Shown here: positions 44,789-54,258 of the stretch, piece by piece
Position numbering within the stretch: position 1 is the first letter of the stretch
Layout of the letters: every line of letters starts with the position of its first letter
DNA from: an uncultured virus (IMG/VR IMGVR_UViG_3300042470_001026)
Taxonomy: Duplodnaviria; Heunggongvirae; Uroviricota; Caudoviricetes
Reading direction: 5' to 3' (one strand)
IMG/VR virus record: IMGVR_UViG_3300042470_001026
Length of the DNA stretch: 64,000 nucleotides
The notes under the pieces: model-generated
Told to the model about the DNA's origin: nothing
Database searches by the model: none
The model's input: the letters and a program-made list of their open reading frames with translations, nothing else
Made by a program: the position numbers and the translations under genes

Positions 44789-47521
44789 ATGCCTAGTTAC
44801 TCTAACATAACGATAACTACTAATACTGGACTAGCTTATAAAGCAAATGACTTTGTACAGTTAAGCAACAGCTCTACTGATTACATTATAGGAAGAGTAG
44901 TATCATATAATCCCGCTAACGGGCAGATGGTGGTGACACCCTATTTTTTTGAGGGGAGTGGAACGTTTACCAACTGGGAAGTAAACCTTACGGGTGCTTT
45001 TGGAACCTCTGGAACCGTAGGCACTAGCGGCACATCCGCTTCTTCAGGCTCATCGGGTATTTCCTCTAGTTCAGGTACAGAAGGCACTTCTGGCTCTTCA
45101 GGTACAAGGGGTTCTAGTGGAACGGCTGGGACTTCAGGTACAGCGGGTGCCAATGGTCAAAGCGCAAGCTCTGGGACAGATGGTTCAAGGGGCTCTTCAG
45201 GTACTAGCGGTACGAGCGGCTCTACGGGAACAAATGGTGAGTCAGGGACAACGGGAACATCTGGTACTGGGGGCGCAAGTGGGGGAACAAACGGACTTTC
45301 AGGCTCTTCTGGATTATCTGCAACTTCAGGTACTTCAGGAGCTAGTGGCTCTACGGGCACCTCTGGACTATCTGGTGGAACGTCAGGAACGAGCGGAAGC
45401 TCGGGAACCAGCGGCTCTTCAGGAGCAGATAGCTCTTCTGGTACCAGTGGTACTAGTAATGGTACTTCAGGTGTATCGGGAACCAGTGGCTCAAGTGGTA
45501 CAAGTGCAACTAACGGGTCAAGCGGCACATCGGGAACATCAGGTGTGAGCACCAATGCTACAAACGGAACGGCTGGAACATCTGGTGTGTCTGCAACCTC
45601 TGGCTCTAGTGGCACCTCTGCTACAGCTGGCTCATCGGGAACGTCGGGCTCTACGGGTGATGGCGGGGTTTCTGGAAATAGTGGTACATCTGGCTCTAGC
45701 GGTACGGGTGGTACTAACGGTGCTGCTCCTTCAGTCCCATCCAGCGGCTCTAGCGGGACAGCGGGCTCAAATGGCACTTCAGGCACAAGTGGTGGCACGC
45801 CAACTCAAGGCGTTAGCAGCACTAGTGGAAGCAACGGAACGGGCGGTATATCTGGCTCTAATGGGGTAGCACAGTCGCAAGGCTCTAATGGTACTAGCGG
45901 TAATTCTGGGTTATCGGGTACAGCTGGCTCAAGTGGATTGAGTCGCTCTTCAGGTAATTCTACTGAAAATCAAATAAGCGGGACAAGTGGTGCGAGTGCG
46001 ACAAGCGGCTCGGCTGGTGCTTCTGGATTAAGTGCTGGCTCTGGCACCTCTGGTGTTTCTGGTACGTCAGGCTCTAGCGGAGCAAGTCAGAGCAGCGGTA
46101 CTTCTGGCACTTCGGGAAGCAACGGAACAGCTGGTGCTTCAGGCTCTAGCGGTGAAAGCCGAACTAGTGGTACTTCAGGAGTATCGGGCGGTAGCGGCAG
46201 TAGCGGTCTTAGTGGTACAAACGGCTCTAATGGAGCTAACGGTAGTTCGGGTGCAAATGGAAGTAGTGGCGTTTCTGGTGGTAGCGGTACTAGCGGTTCT
46301 AGTGGTATTATTGCTACCAGCGGTGCTAACGGCTCTAGTGGTACAAATGGCTTTTCAGGTAGTAATGGCTCAACTCAATCCGCTGGTAAATCTGGTACAA
46401 GTGGTACTAGTGGTGCTAATGGTGTTGCGGGTACTAGTGGCTCAAACGGTACTGGTGGAAATGTTGCAAAATCGGGCACATCGGGTACGTCAGGTACAAA
46501 CGGCTCAAGTGGGGCGGGCACGACCTCTGGTATATCTAGCAGTAGTGGTACCTCTGGTAGTTCGGGTAGCACTGCTCCAGCGGGAGCTGGGGGCACCAGC
46601 GGTGTTAATGGAGCTACGGGCTCAAGTGGTTTAAGTGGTTCTAACGGGACTAACGGAAAACAAAACAACTCAATATTTTCAACTACTTGGGCAACCGATG
46701 GTGGTTTTTGTTGTGTTGTCATACCATGCGATTCAAATGGTGCAAATAGTGGATGTTTTAATATAACAAATCTTACCACTGTTAAATTAAGCACTGCTTC
46801 AGCATCATTTGGTGCTTCTGCATCACTTTGCTGTTCAAGATGCAGTATTGTAATGGGCGGAAGCAGTAATACAATTGGTTGTGCTACTGGTAATTGCCCA
46901 GTAGCATACTCAGGGATATTTGGTGGCGAAATAAATTCAATTAAGGATGATGCGGATACTGGTAATCCATGTTATAATGCGATTTTAGGAGGATACTACA
47001 ATTGTCTTAATGCATTAAATTGTTTTTCTCTTATTGCAGGAAGCTGTAACGTAAGATTAACTACAAATACATGTTTTTCTGTAGCTTTAGGTCTACAGAC
47101 TGTAACTAATGTGGCGAACTGCACCATATGCGTTGGTAATCTTGTAAAAGCCGCTGGTAAATTTTCAATCCCACATCCAAATCCAGCAAAAAAGTGTATC
47201 ATGCTAAATCATTCCTTTGTTGAAACGCCAACACAAGGAGATAATATATACAAATACAGAGTTCAGACAGCTAATTGCCAAGCATCGGTTATGCTACCAG
47301 ATTACTACAAATTTTTAAATTGTAATGACCAAGTGCACGTGAGCCCAGTAGATACCTTTGGAAATGCATATGGAGTAATAGATAGCTGTCAAACATCAAT
47401 ATCCATTTGTACTACAGAAGAAGGAAAATATGACGTAATTTTGATAGGAACAAGAAAAGATGAAGATGCAAAAAATACAAGAATAGCAAACTTAGGAGCA
47501 GAACAAATAATTTTTAAATAA
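44789..47521 (+). CDS. fibre paralog 1 (N-terminal beta domain, GTS tract, Cys-rich head, C-terminal chaperone-like domain)
   Basis: TGLAY..G.VVSYN..G..WEVNLTG N-domain; FSIPHP..LNHSFVETP..GDNIY..LPDYY..GTRKD C-domain. Confidence 0.85.
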   Translation: MPSYSNITITTNTGLAYKANDFVQLSNSSTDYIIGRVVSYNPANGQMVVTPYFFEGSGTFTNWEVNLTGAFGTSGTVGTSGTSASSGSSGISSSSGTEGTSGSSGTRGSSGTAGTSGTAGANGQSASSGTDGSRGSSGTSGTSGSTGTNGESGTTGTSGTGGASGGTNGLSGSSGLSATSGTSGASGSTGTSGLSGGTSGTSGSSGTSGSSGADSSSGTSGTSNGTSGVSGTSGSSGTSATNGSSGTSGTSGVSTNATNGTAGTSGVSATSGSSGTSATAGSSGTSGSTGDGGVSGNSGTSGSSGTGGTNGAAPSVPSSGSSGTAGSNGTSGTSGGTPTQGVSSTSGSNGTGGISGSNGVAQSQGSNGTSGNSGLSGTAGSSGLSRSSGNSTENQISGTSGASATSGSAGASGLSAGSGTSGVSGTSGSSGASQSSGTSGTSGSNGTAGASGSSGESRTSGTSGVSGGSGSSGLSGTNGSNGANGSSGANGSSGVSGGSGTSGSSGIIATSGANGSSGTNGFSGSNGSTQSAGKSGTSGTSGANGVAGTSGSNGTGGNVAKSGTSGTSGTNGSSGAGTTSGISSSSGTSGSSGSTAPAGAGGTSGVNGATGSSGLSGSNGTNGKQNNSIFSTTWATDGGFCCVVIPCDSNGANSGCFNITNLTTVKLSTASASFGASASLCCSRCSIVMGGSSNTIGCATGNCPVAYSGIFGGEINSIKDDADTGNPCYNAILGGYYNCLNALNCFSLIAGSCNVRLTTNTCFSVALGLQTVTNVANCTICVGNLVKAAGKFSIPHPNPAKKCIMLNHSFVETPTQGDNIYKYRVQTANCQASVMLPDYYKFLNCNDQVHVSPVDTFGNAYGVIDSCQTSISICTTEEGKYDVILIGTRKDEDAKNTRIANLGAEQIIFK

Positions 47522-47538
47522 TTATTAAACCAAATTAT

Positions 47539-47895
47539 ATGTTAGTAGCATCAATTAACCCACCAGCAAAAAAAGTTCTTCAAACAACACCTTTTACAAC
47601 GGAAGAAATTACAGCACCACAAATGATTACTAAGTGTTCAAGACTAGTAATCGGTAACTCATCTGAAACGATTGAGTTTGATATTCGTTTCGGAGAAGTA
47701 TACGACACCACTAATCCTGATGGGTCTATTCGCCCAATGTTTAAACTGATGGTTCATCACAACTTACGGTTTACTCACAGTGAATTAGCTGATTGGGGTA
47801 CTGATGATAGTTTTATATATTATAAAATAGCTGAAAGGCTTGGTTTTCAAATTACTTCACTAACCGAAGTTCCAGAATTAAATTTTGGCAACTAA
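47539..47895 (+). CDS. hypothetical protein between fibre genes (possible assembly factor)
   Basis: 118 aa; LADWGTDDS motif; function inferred from position. Confidence 0.65.
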   Translation: MLVASINPPAKKVLQTTPFTTEEITAPQMITKCSRLVIGNSSETIEFDIRFGEVYDTTNPDGSIRPMFKLMVHHNLRFTHSELADWGTDDSFIYYKIAERLGFQITSLTEVPELNFGN

Positions 47896-47898
47896 TAC

Positions 47899-50715
47899 AT
47901 GCCGCTATCTAACATAAATATTACTGTTAGCACGGGTTTATCATTTGTTGCTGGTGACTTCGTGCAAGTCAGTTATGATGCAAATAATTACATTATAGGG
48001 GAAGTCGTTTCCTATAATTCAAACACGGGTGCAATGGTTATTGCCCCAACTACGTTTGTAGGAAGTGGAACGTATTCTAGCTGGAACGTTAATCTTACGG
48101 GTTCGAACGGTACTGCGGGCACATCAGGTACAGCGGCTAGCAGTGGAAGTAGCGGTTTAAGTAGAACTAGCGGCTCGGCTGGCACCAGCGGTACGACGGG
48201 AACTAATGGAACCTCTGGAGATTCTGGCTCTAGTGCCACCTCTGGAACAAGTGGCACAAGTGGAACAACAGCAGCTTCATCAACAGCTGGCTCAAACGGC
48301 ACTTCAGCCTCTTCAGGTACAAGTGGAACTAGCTCTGTTTCTGGCACTTCTGGCTCAAACGGAACCTCCGCTTCTTCAGGCACTAGTGGACTGGTGAACG
48401 GAACATCTGGGACAGCTGGTACAAGTGGCTCTGCTGGACTAAGCGGCTCTACTGGTACGGCTGGCACATCTGGAACAAATGGTCAGCAAAATGGAACTTC
48501 TGGTGCTACGGGAACTTCAGGCTCCTCTGGTACTTCAGGCTCCAATGGAACCAGCGGAGGAAGCTTTAATAATAGTGGCTCAAATGGAACTAGTGGGGGT
48601 AGTGGCTCTTCAGGAACGGGTGGCTCTTCAGGAACATCAAATTTATCTGGAACAAACGGAGTAGAGGGGAGCTCTGGTCTATCAGCCTCCAACGGCTCTG
48701 CGGGAACAAGTGGTCTAAGCTCTACGGATGGCTCAAATGGCACCTCTGGCTCTTCAGGAACGGGAGGAACAGCTGGAACGGCTGGCTCTAACGGTGCCAG
48801 TGGTCTATCTGGTACTTCTGCTACCAGCGGCTCTACGGGTACAGCGGGTAACTCTGGAACATCAGGCACTAACGGAACGTCTGGTAGCTCCGCAACAACG
48901 GGTACTAACGGTACGAACGGTTCTGCGGGAACTAGCGGCGTGAGTGGTACTTCAGGCAGCTCGGGCACCTCTGGCTCTAGCGGAACGTCAGGAACATCTG
49001 CTTCTTCGGGCACAACTGGAGGTAACGGCTCTTCTGGCACCAGCGGTTCTGTAGGCTCTTCGGGGTCTATCCTTACTCCCGCAGCTAGCGGCACATCAGG
49101 CTCCTCTGGGACTAGCGGTACATCAGGTAGCTCGGGTAATGCTGGCTCAAACGGTATAAACGGAGCAAGTGGAACATCGGGTACATCTGGTAGCTCGGGT
49201 CTATCGGCATCCAGTGGCACCTCTGGTGTTAGTGGTACGTCGGGCAGCTCTGGCACCTCTGGCTCTTCGGGTGTATCAGGCTCTAATGGAACAAGTGGTG
49301 TAAGCGGTACATCAGGCAGTGGGGGTACATCGGGTACTAATGGCTCTTCAGGTTCATCTGGCACTAATGGTATTAGCGGTACATCAGGCAGTGGAGGCAC
49401 ATCGGGTACATCGGGTAGCTTCGGAAACTTTGGTGCTAACGGAAGCTCTGGCACATCAGGCTCCTCTGGAACGTCTGGAACAATTGGCTCAAACGGCACT
49501 TCTGGCTCAAACGGAACTAACGGTTCATCTGGCTCAAGTGGTACAAGCGGTACTTCGGGTACTACTGGAACCAATGGGGCGATGGGGAAATCGGGCTCTA
49601 ATGGCACTTCAGCAACATCGGGTAGCAGCGGAAAAAGCTACGGAGGAAACCCAGAGCCTAATAAATCTGGCACAAGTGGTACTTCAGGAACTACTGGAGG
49701 CAAGGGCGTAGATGGACAAAACGGAGCGACGGGAGCTAACGGAAGTTCTGGCTCAAGTGGTACGAGCGGAGAGCTTGGCGGCGGCGGTACTCCTTTTATT
49801 GATTATGCTAACCAAAATATGTATCCATGCGCTGGTTATGGGGCGAACACTGTTGACAAATCCGAAAACACCCTTTTATCTGGAGGAGCAAATTATATTT
49901 GTATGGCGGGTCTAAATGCCGATACTTTATATAATAATTTTATAGGGGGAGGGTATCTTAATGGTATCCTATTAGACCTGAGTTTATCGTCAGAGCCCTT
50001 AGTAGCAAATAATGCAATCGGCGGTGGAGAATCTAATTGCATATGGTATTGTGGTGCAAGTGGTCTTTTTCAATATAATAATGCTATTTTAGGTGGATTT
50101 CAAAATGAAATCGCTAACTGCCTTGCTGGTAAGTCATACGATTTAGGTGGAGGTTCTCATAATGCGATAGGGGGCGGGCGACTAAATAAAATCGAGACTG
50201 AGAGTTTTTGTAGTGTAATCTTGGGTGGTTGTGCAAGTTGTATGGTTAACTCAATAACAAATGTAATAGGAGGCTCTGCTGTAACTTTGAATTTACAATG
50301 CTGCGTTACACAATTCGATGCTATAGATAAAATATCTACTAATTTTGCTATTAAACATCCTGACCCACAGAAACATAATACTTGGCAACTTCGACATGCA
50401 CTTGTAGAATCACCAACAGCGGGTGATAATATTTATAGATACAAAGTTAAAACAACAAACTGTCAAGCTTTTGTAGAACTACCCTCTTATTATAAATTTT
50501 TAAATGAATTTGACCAAGTATGGGTAAGCCCTACCGACCATCTTGGTAAAGCATGGGGTTGTGTTAACAATGAACAAACACACGTCGAAGTAAATTCAAA
50601 CACTGATGGCGATTATTATGTTTTAATTGTTGGAACAAGAAAAGACGAATGTGCTAAAAAATTCTGGCAAGGAACTGAACATTATTCCGTACCAACTCAC
50701 ATAGTTGACTATTAA
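47899..50715 (+). CDS. fibre paralog 2
   Basis: Same architecture; GG..N.I repeats in the head; FAIKHPDP..LRHALVESP..GDNIY..GTRKD. Confidence 0.85.
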   Translation: MPLSNINITVSTGLSFVAGDFVQVSYDANNYIIGEVVSYNSNTGAMVIAPTTFVGSGTYSSWNVNLTGSNGTAGTSGTAASSGSSGLSRTSGSAGTSGTTGTNGTSGDSGSSATSGTSGTSGTTAASSTAGSNGTSASSGTSGTSSVSGTSGSNGTSASSGTSGLVNGTSGTAGTSGSAGLSGSTGTAGTSGTNGQQNGTSGATGTSGSSGTSGSNGTSGGSFNNSGSNGTSGGSGSSGTGGSSGTSNLSGTNGVEGSSGLSASNGSAGTSGLSSTDGSNGTSGSSGTGGTAGTAGSNGASGLSGTSATSGSTGTAGNSGTSGTNGTSGSSATTGTNGTNGSAGTSGVSGTSGSSGTSGSSGTSGTSASSGTTGGNGSSGTSGSVGSSGSILTPAASGTSGSSGTSGTSGSSGNAGSNGINGASGTSGTSGSSGLSASSGTSGVSGTSGSSGTSGSSGVSGSNGTSGVSGTSGSGGTSGTNGSSGSSGTNGISGTSGSGGTSGTSGSFGNFGANGSSGTSGSSGTSGTIGSNGTSGSNGTNGSSGSSGTSGTSGTTGTNGAMGKSGSNGTSATSGSSGKSYGGNPEPNKSGTSGTSGTTGGKGVDGQNGATGANGSSGSSGTSGELGGGGTPFIDYANQNMYPCAGYGANTVDKSENTLLSGGANYICMAGLNADTLYNNFIGGGYLNGILLDLSLSSEPLVANNAIGGGESNCIWYCGASGLFQYNNAILGGFQNEIANCLAGKSYDLGGGSHNAIGGGRLNKIETESFCSVILGGCASCMVNSITNVIGGSAVTLNLQCCVTQFDAIDKISTNFAIKHPDPQKHNTWQLRHALVESPTAGDNIYRYKVKTTNCQAFVELPSYYKFLNEFDQVWVSPTDHLGKAWGCVNNEQTHVEVNSNTDGDYYVLIVGTRKDECAKKFWQGTEHYSVPTHIVDY

Positions 50716-50717
50716 AA

Positions 50718-53396
50718 ATGCCCTTTAGTAATATAAATATAACGACAGACACGGGTCTAGATTACAAGATTAACGACTTTATTAATCTTCAGTATGATGC
50801 CTCAACCATAATATATGGACGTGTTGTTTCGTACAACTCCAATACGGGGGCTATGACCCTAACTCCTCTTTCTTTTTCAGGGGCTAACGGCTCATATAAC
50901 TCATGGGAAGTTCAGCTTAGTGGTCAGCACGGCTCTTCAGGCACTAGTGCCGCTTCAGGCTCTTCTGGAACCTCTGGCTCCGCTGCCAGCTCTGGCACAT
51001 CAGCGACCTCTGGTAGCTCTGCTCTAAGCGCAACATCGGGTGCTAGCGGCTCTTCAGGTAACAGTGCTTTAAGTGGTTCTACTGGCACAGCGGGAACAGC
51101 GGGTGCATCAGGAACATCTGGTGTTAGCGGCTCTTCGGCTTCTAACGGTACGGCTGGCTCATCAGGAACAAGTGCAGTTGGCGGGACATCTGCTTCCAGT
51201 GGTACCTCTGGCTCAAATGGAACATCGGCTTCATCAGGAACAAGCGGCACCTCTGGTTCTAACGGTACAAGTGCAGAATCAGCTAGCTCTGGAACGTCTG
51301 GAACGAGTGGCACTAACGGTTCATCAGCCACTTCTGGCTCTTCAACGGTGTCAGGTTCATCTGGAACATCTGGAACGTCTGCTACTTCGGGTAGTTCGGG
51401 CACATCGGGTTCTTCTGCAACGTCAGGAGATAATGGCTCTAGTGGAACAGCTGGCTCATCTGGCACTACTGGTACAAATGGGACTTCTGGCTCGGCTGGA
51501 ACGAGCGGGACATCGGGTTCTACTGGAACAGCGGGGGCTAACGGCTCAAGTGGTAATAGCGGTCAATCAGCAACGTCTGGTTCAAACGGCACAAACGGAA
51601 CTTCTGGCTCTACGGGCGCAAATGGTAGCTCTACAGCATCTTCAACATCGGGTTCTAATGGAACTTCTGGAACAAACGGCTCTAGTGCTGTCTCTGGTTC
51701 ATCAACAGCTAACGGAACTTCTGGCTCATCTGGAACGTCTGGTTCTAACGGTTCTAGTGGCACTTCTGGAACGTCTACAGCAAGTCAAGCCAGTGGAACT
51801 TCTGCTACGTCAGGCTCATCTGGGACGGCTGCATCTGTAGGTAGCTCTGGGACTAGCGGAACATCTGGTACAACTGGAGCGAGTGGAAGTGCGGGTACTA
51901 GTGGTACTTCAGGTTTATCTGCATCTAGCGGCACCTCCGCAAGCTCTGGAACTTCTGGTACCAGCGGCTCAAGCGGCGTATCTGGTGTTTCTACGGGGTC
52001 TGGAACGTCTGGCTCATCAGGCTTAAGCGGTTTAACGGGCGGCTCGGGAAGCTCGGGTCTATCTACGGGGTCTGGAACATCTGGCTCTTCTGGAATTAGT
52101 GGTACATCAGGCTCATCGGGAACAAGCGGATTGTCTGGTATCAGTGGTAATTCTGGTGGCTCTGGGGTGAGTGGAACCTCTGGTTCATCAGGTACTAGTG
52201 GCTTATCTGGTGCAAGTGGAAGCTCTGGAACTAGTGGAACGGCAGCTACTTCAGGTTCTTCAGGTACATCAGGCGTAAGCGGTCAGAGTTCAACATCAGG
52301 CTCATCAGGCGTAAGCGGTTTGAGCGGTAACTCTTGCAGTAGCGGTGTTTCAGGGGCAAGTAATGTTTCATCAATATCTGGAACTAGTGGAAGCAATGGA
52401 AATAACGGTTTTTCTGGTCTTTCTACCTCTTCTGGCACATCTGGAACGTTTGGCTCCAATGGAACAAACGGCTCATCAGGTTGTACGGGAGCATCTGGTT
52501 CTAACGGCACAAACGGAGCAGCTGGAGGAGCTGGGTCTAGCGGAACAAGTGGTTGCAGTGGTGAAACGGTTTGCTATGCAATTATTTATACAAATAGTTG
52601 TGCTTCCTTAGTTACCCCTTGTGTTGGGCATACTATGGTAAACACTGGGAGTTCCGCTTCATTAGCTGGTTGCGGAAATATTCAGTGCGACACAACTTAT
52701 ACATTAGCTCTTGCTGGTGCGAGAAATTGCTTTTGTGTAGCAGATACTTATGCAAGTGTTCAACTTGCTGGTAGTGATAATAATCACAATTGTGATTGTT
52801 CGCACAATGTAGGGGCTGTAGACTGCTGTTCACTTATGTCAGGTCGCTATAATGTAATCGTTGCTTCAGCTGCAAGCTGTACGGGAACTACAGCGAATAC
52901 ATTTCAATTTTCCTATATATATGCTAGTTGTCTTGCATGTTTAGCAAACTATTGTTTTTCTGGGATTATTGGAAGATGCAGCTTTGCAGCTACAGCAAAC
53001 AGTACAGCCTATTTATCGAATATTGATAAACAAAGTGGCGGATTTACAATACCTCACCCAGACCCACAAAAAACAAATACTCATAAATTAGTACACCACT
53101 TTGTTGAAACGCCATCAGAAGGGGATAATTTATATAGATTTAAGATTTTAGTAGAAAACGGATTCAAAAGATTTGAACTGCCTGACTACTATAAATATTT
53201 GAATAAAAACACCATTACAACTATTTCTCCAGTGGGACACTTTGGTAATGCATATGTAAAAGTATTTGAAAATGAAAATTACATGGAAATTACCGCAGAT
53301 ACCGATGGTGAATACAACGTGTTGTTGTTAGCAACTAGAAAAGACAAAGATATAAACGAGGTTTATAGAGGGATAGAAGTATTAGCTTGCCTTTAA
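50718..53396 (+). CDS. fibre paralog 3
   Basis: Same architecture; FTIPHPDP..LVHHFVETP..GDNLY..ATRKD. Confidence 0.85.
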   Translation: MPFSNINITTDTGLDYKINDFINLQYDASTIIYGRVVSYNSNTGAMTLTPLSFSGANGSYNSWEVQLSGQHGSSGTSAASGSSGTSGSAASSGTSATSGSSALSATSGASGSSGNSALSGSTGTAGTAGASGTSGVSGSSASNGTAGSSGTSAVGGTSASSGTSGSNGTSASSGTSGTSGSNGTSAESASSGTSGTSGTNGSSATSGSSTVSGSSGTSGTSATSGSSGTSGSSATSGDNGSSGTAGSSGTTGTNGTSGSAGTSGTSGSTGTAGANGSSGNSGQSATSGSNGTNGTSGSTGANGSSTASSTSGSNGTSGTNGSSAVSGSSTANGTSGSSGTSGSNGSSGTSGTSTASQASGTSATSGSSGTAASVGSSGTSGTSGTTGASGSAGTSGTSGLSASSGTSASSGTSGTSGSSGVSGVSTGSGTSGSSGLSGLTGGSGSSGLSTGSGTSGSSGISGTSGSSGTSGLSGISGNSGGSGVSGTSGSSGTSGLSGASGSSGTSGTAATSGSSGTSGVSGQSSTSGSSGVSGLSGNSCSSGVSGASNVSSISGTSGSNGNNGFSGLSTSSGTSGTFGSNGTNGSSGCTGASGSNGTNGAAGGAGSSGTSGCSGETVCYAIIYTNSCASLVTPCVGHTMVNTGSSASLAGCGNIQCDTTYTLALAGARNCFCVADTYASVQLAGSDNNHNCDCSHNVGAVDCCSLMSGRYNVIVASAASCTGTTANTFQFSYIYASCLACLANYCFSGIIGRCSFAATANSTAYLSNIDKQSGGFTIPHPDPQKTNTHKLVHHFVETPSEGDNLYRFKILVENGFKRFELPDYYKYLNKNTITTISPVGHFGNAYVKVFENENYMEITADTDGEYNVLLLATRKDKDINEVYRGIEVLACL

Positions 53397-54257
53397 GGAT
53401 TTTATCACATTGTCAATATTAAATATTTCTGTTTCATTGCGATAGGGGAATTCGTGTAAAGCTCCCACGATATTATATTTAGACAGAAATGCATTTCTCA
53501 AATCTGGTTTTGCTGTCTCTGGATTAGCTAAAATATTGTCATGTAATTCATATCCAAATAATTTTGGAGTGTTAGCAATCCATAATACAGTGGATTTTAT
53601 ACGAAGAGCAGCCGCTAAGTGCTGCGAAAAGCTATCTATTAGTAATCTTTTTTTACTAATTGCTAAAACAGTGGCTATTCCCTTATAAGAATCATGAATT
53701 GGGATAGTGTTTCTGTATGAAATCTGGTCTTCTCTTCGTATATGATAAATATTGTATATGTGACTGAATTCATCAATTATTGCTTCAACAACGCAAGAGG
53801 GCATATCTCTTGCCCATGAGTATTTTAAATCTTGTTGTGCACCCCCATTGGTTTGTAATGCTAATATTGGTTTTTCTGAAGCGTATTTATTTGAGTAAAA
53901 TCTAAACTCTCTCTCCGTTAAAAATATTTCGGGCAGCTCTCCATTATAAACGATATTATTCATTCTGCACCATGTAGCTATCGTGTGTTCCTTTTTTAAA
54001 ATATGCTCGGTATGTACGTACGGCTCATTGGCAAAAACTAGCACATCGTCTTTTCCCTCTACATACTTTTGAAAAAAATATGACTCTTGATGATGAGCGA
54101 AGGACATATCAACATAAGGGACATTTAAGAATACGTCAGGATGCCCCGTTACAACTATTAAAAAACTTTGTGGATATTGCTTTTTTATAGCTTTACAAAC
54201 AGCTGTAGCCATTATTGACTTGCCCATCCCACCGTTTATAGTAAATATTATATTCAT
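53382..54257 (-). CDS. GT9/heptosyltransferase-like glycosyltransferase
   Basis: GGMGKSIMATAV..IKKQYP; IDSFSQHLAAAL...STVLW. Confidence 0.75.
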   Translation of the reverse strand: MNIIFTINGGMGKSIMATAVCKAIKKQYPQSFLIVVTGHPDVFLNVPYVDMSFAHHQESYFFQKYVEGKDDVLVFANEPYVHTEHILKKEHTIATWCRMNNIVYNGELPEIFLTEREFRFYSNKYASEKPILALQTNGGAQQDLKYSWARDMPSCVVEAIIDEFSHIYNIYHIRREDQISYRNTIPIHDSYKGIATVLAISKKRLLIDSFSQHLAAALRIKSTVLWIANTPKLFGYELHDNILANPETAKPDLRNAFLSKYNIVGALHEFPYRNETEIFNIDNVIKSLKAS

Positions 54258-54258
54258 A

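Larger units (their letters stand above)
40015..52560 (+). repeat. codon-degenerate 9-nt-period Gly-Thr/Ser-Ser coding repeats in four genes
   Basis: GGN-ACN-TCN/AGY periodicity; approximate tracts 40015-42160, 42652-43245, 43762-44705, 44990-46655, 48095-49780, 50918-52560. Confidence 0.9.

Noticed and set aside
44759..44791. Stop-codon readthrough fusing the stalk to fibre 1 (same frame)
   Set aside because: Three in-frame TAA codons lie in the junction, and fibre 1 has its own A-rich start like its paralogs.
40224..52510. Many minus-strand ORFs rich in PEVP/PLVP
   Set aside because: They are antisense shadows of the Gly-Thr-Ser codon repeats and have no independent gene signals.
39993..52611. 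Alternative plus-frame ORFs rich in LELVVQ/QEHL
   Set aside because: They are frame-shifted readings of the same repeats.
44789..53396. Diversity-generating retroelement or invertase shufflon acting on the fibre tips
   Set aside because: I saw no reverse transcriptase, recombinase, near-identical TR/VR pair or inverted repeats in the window.
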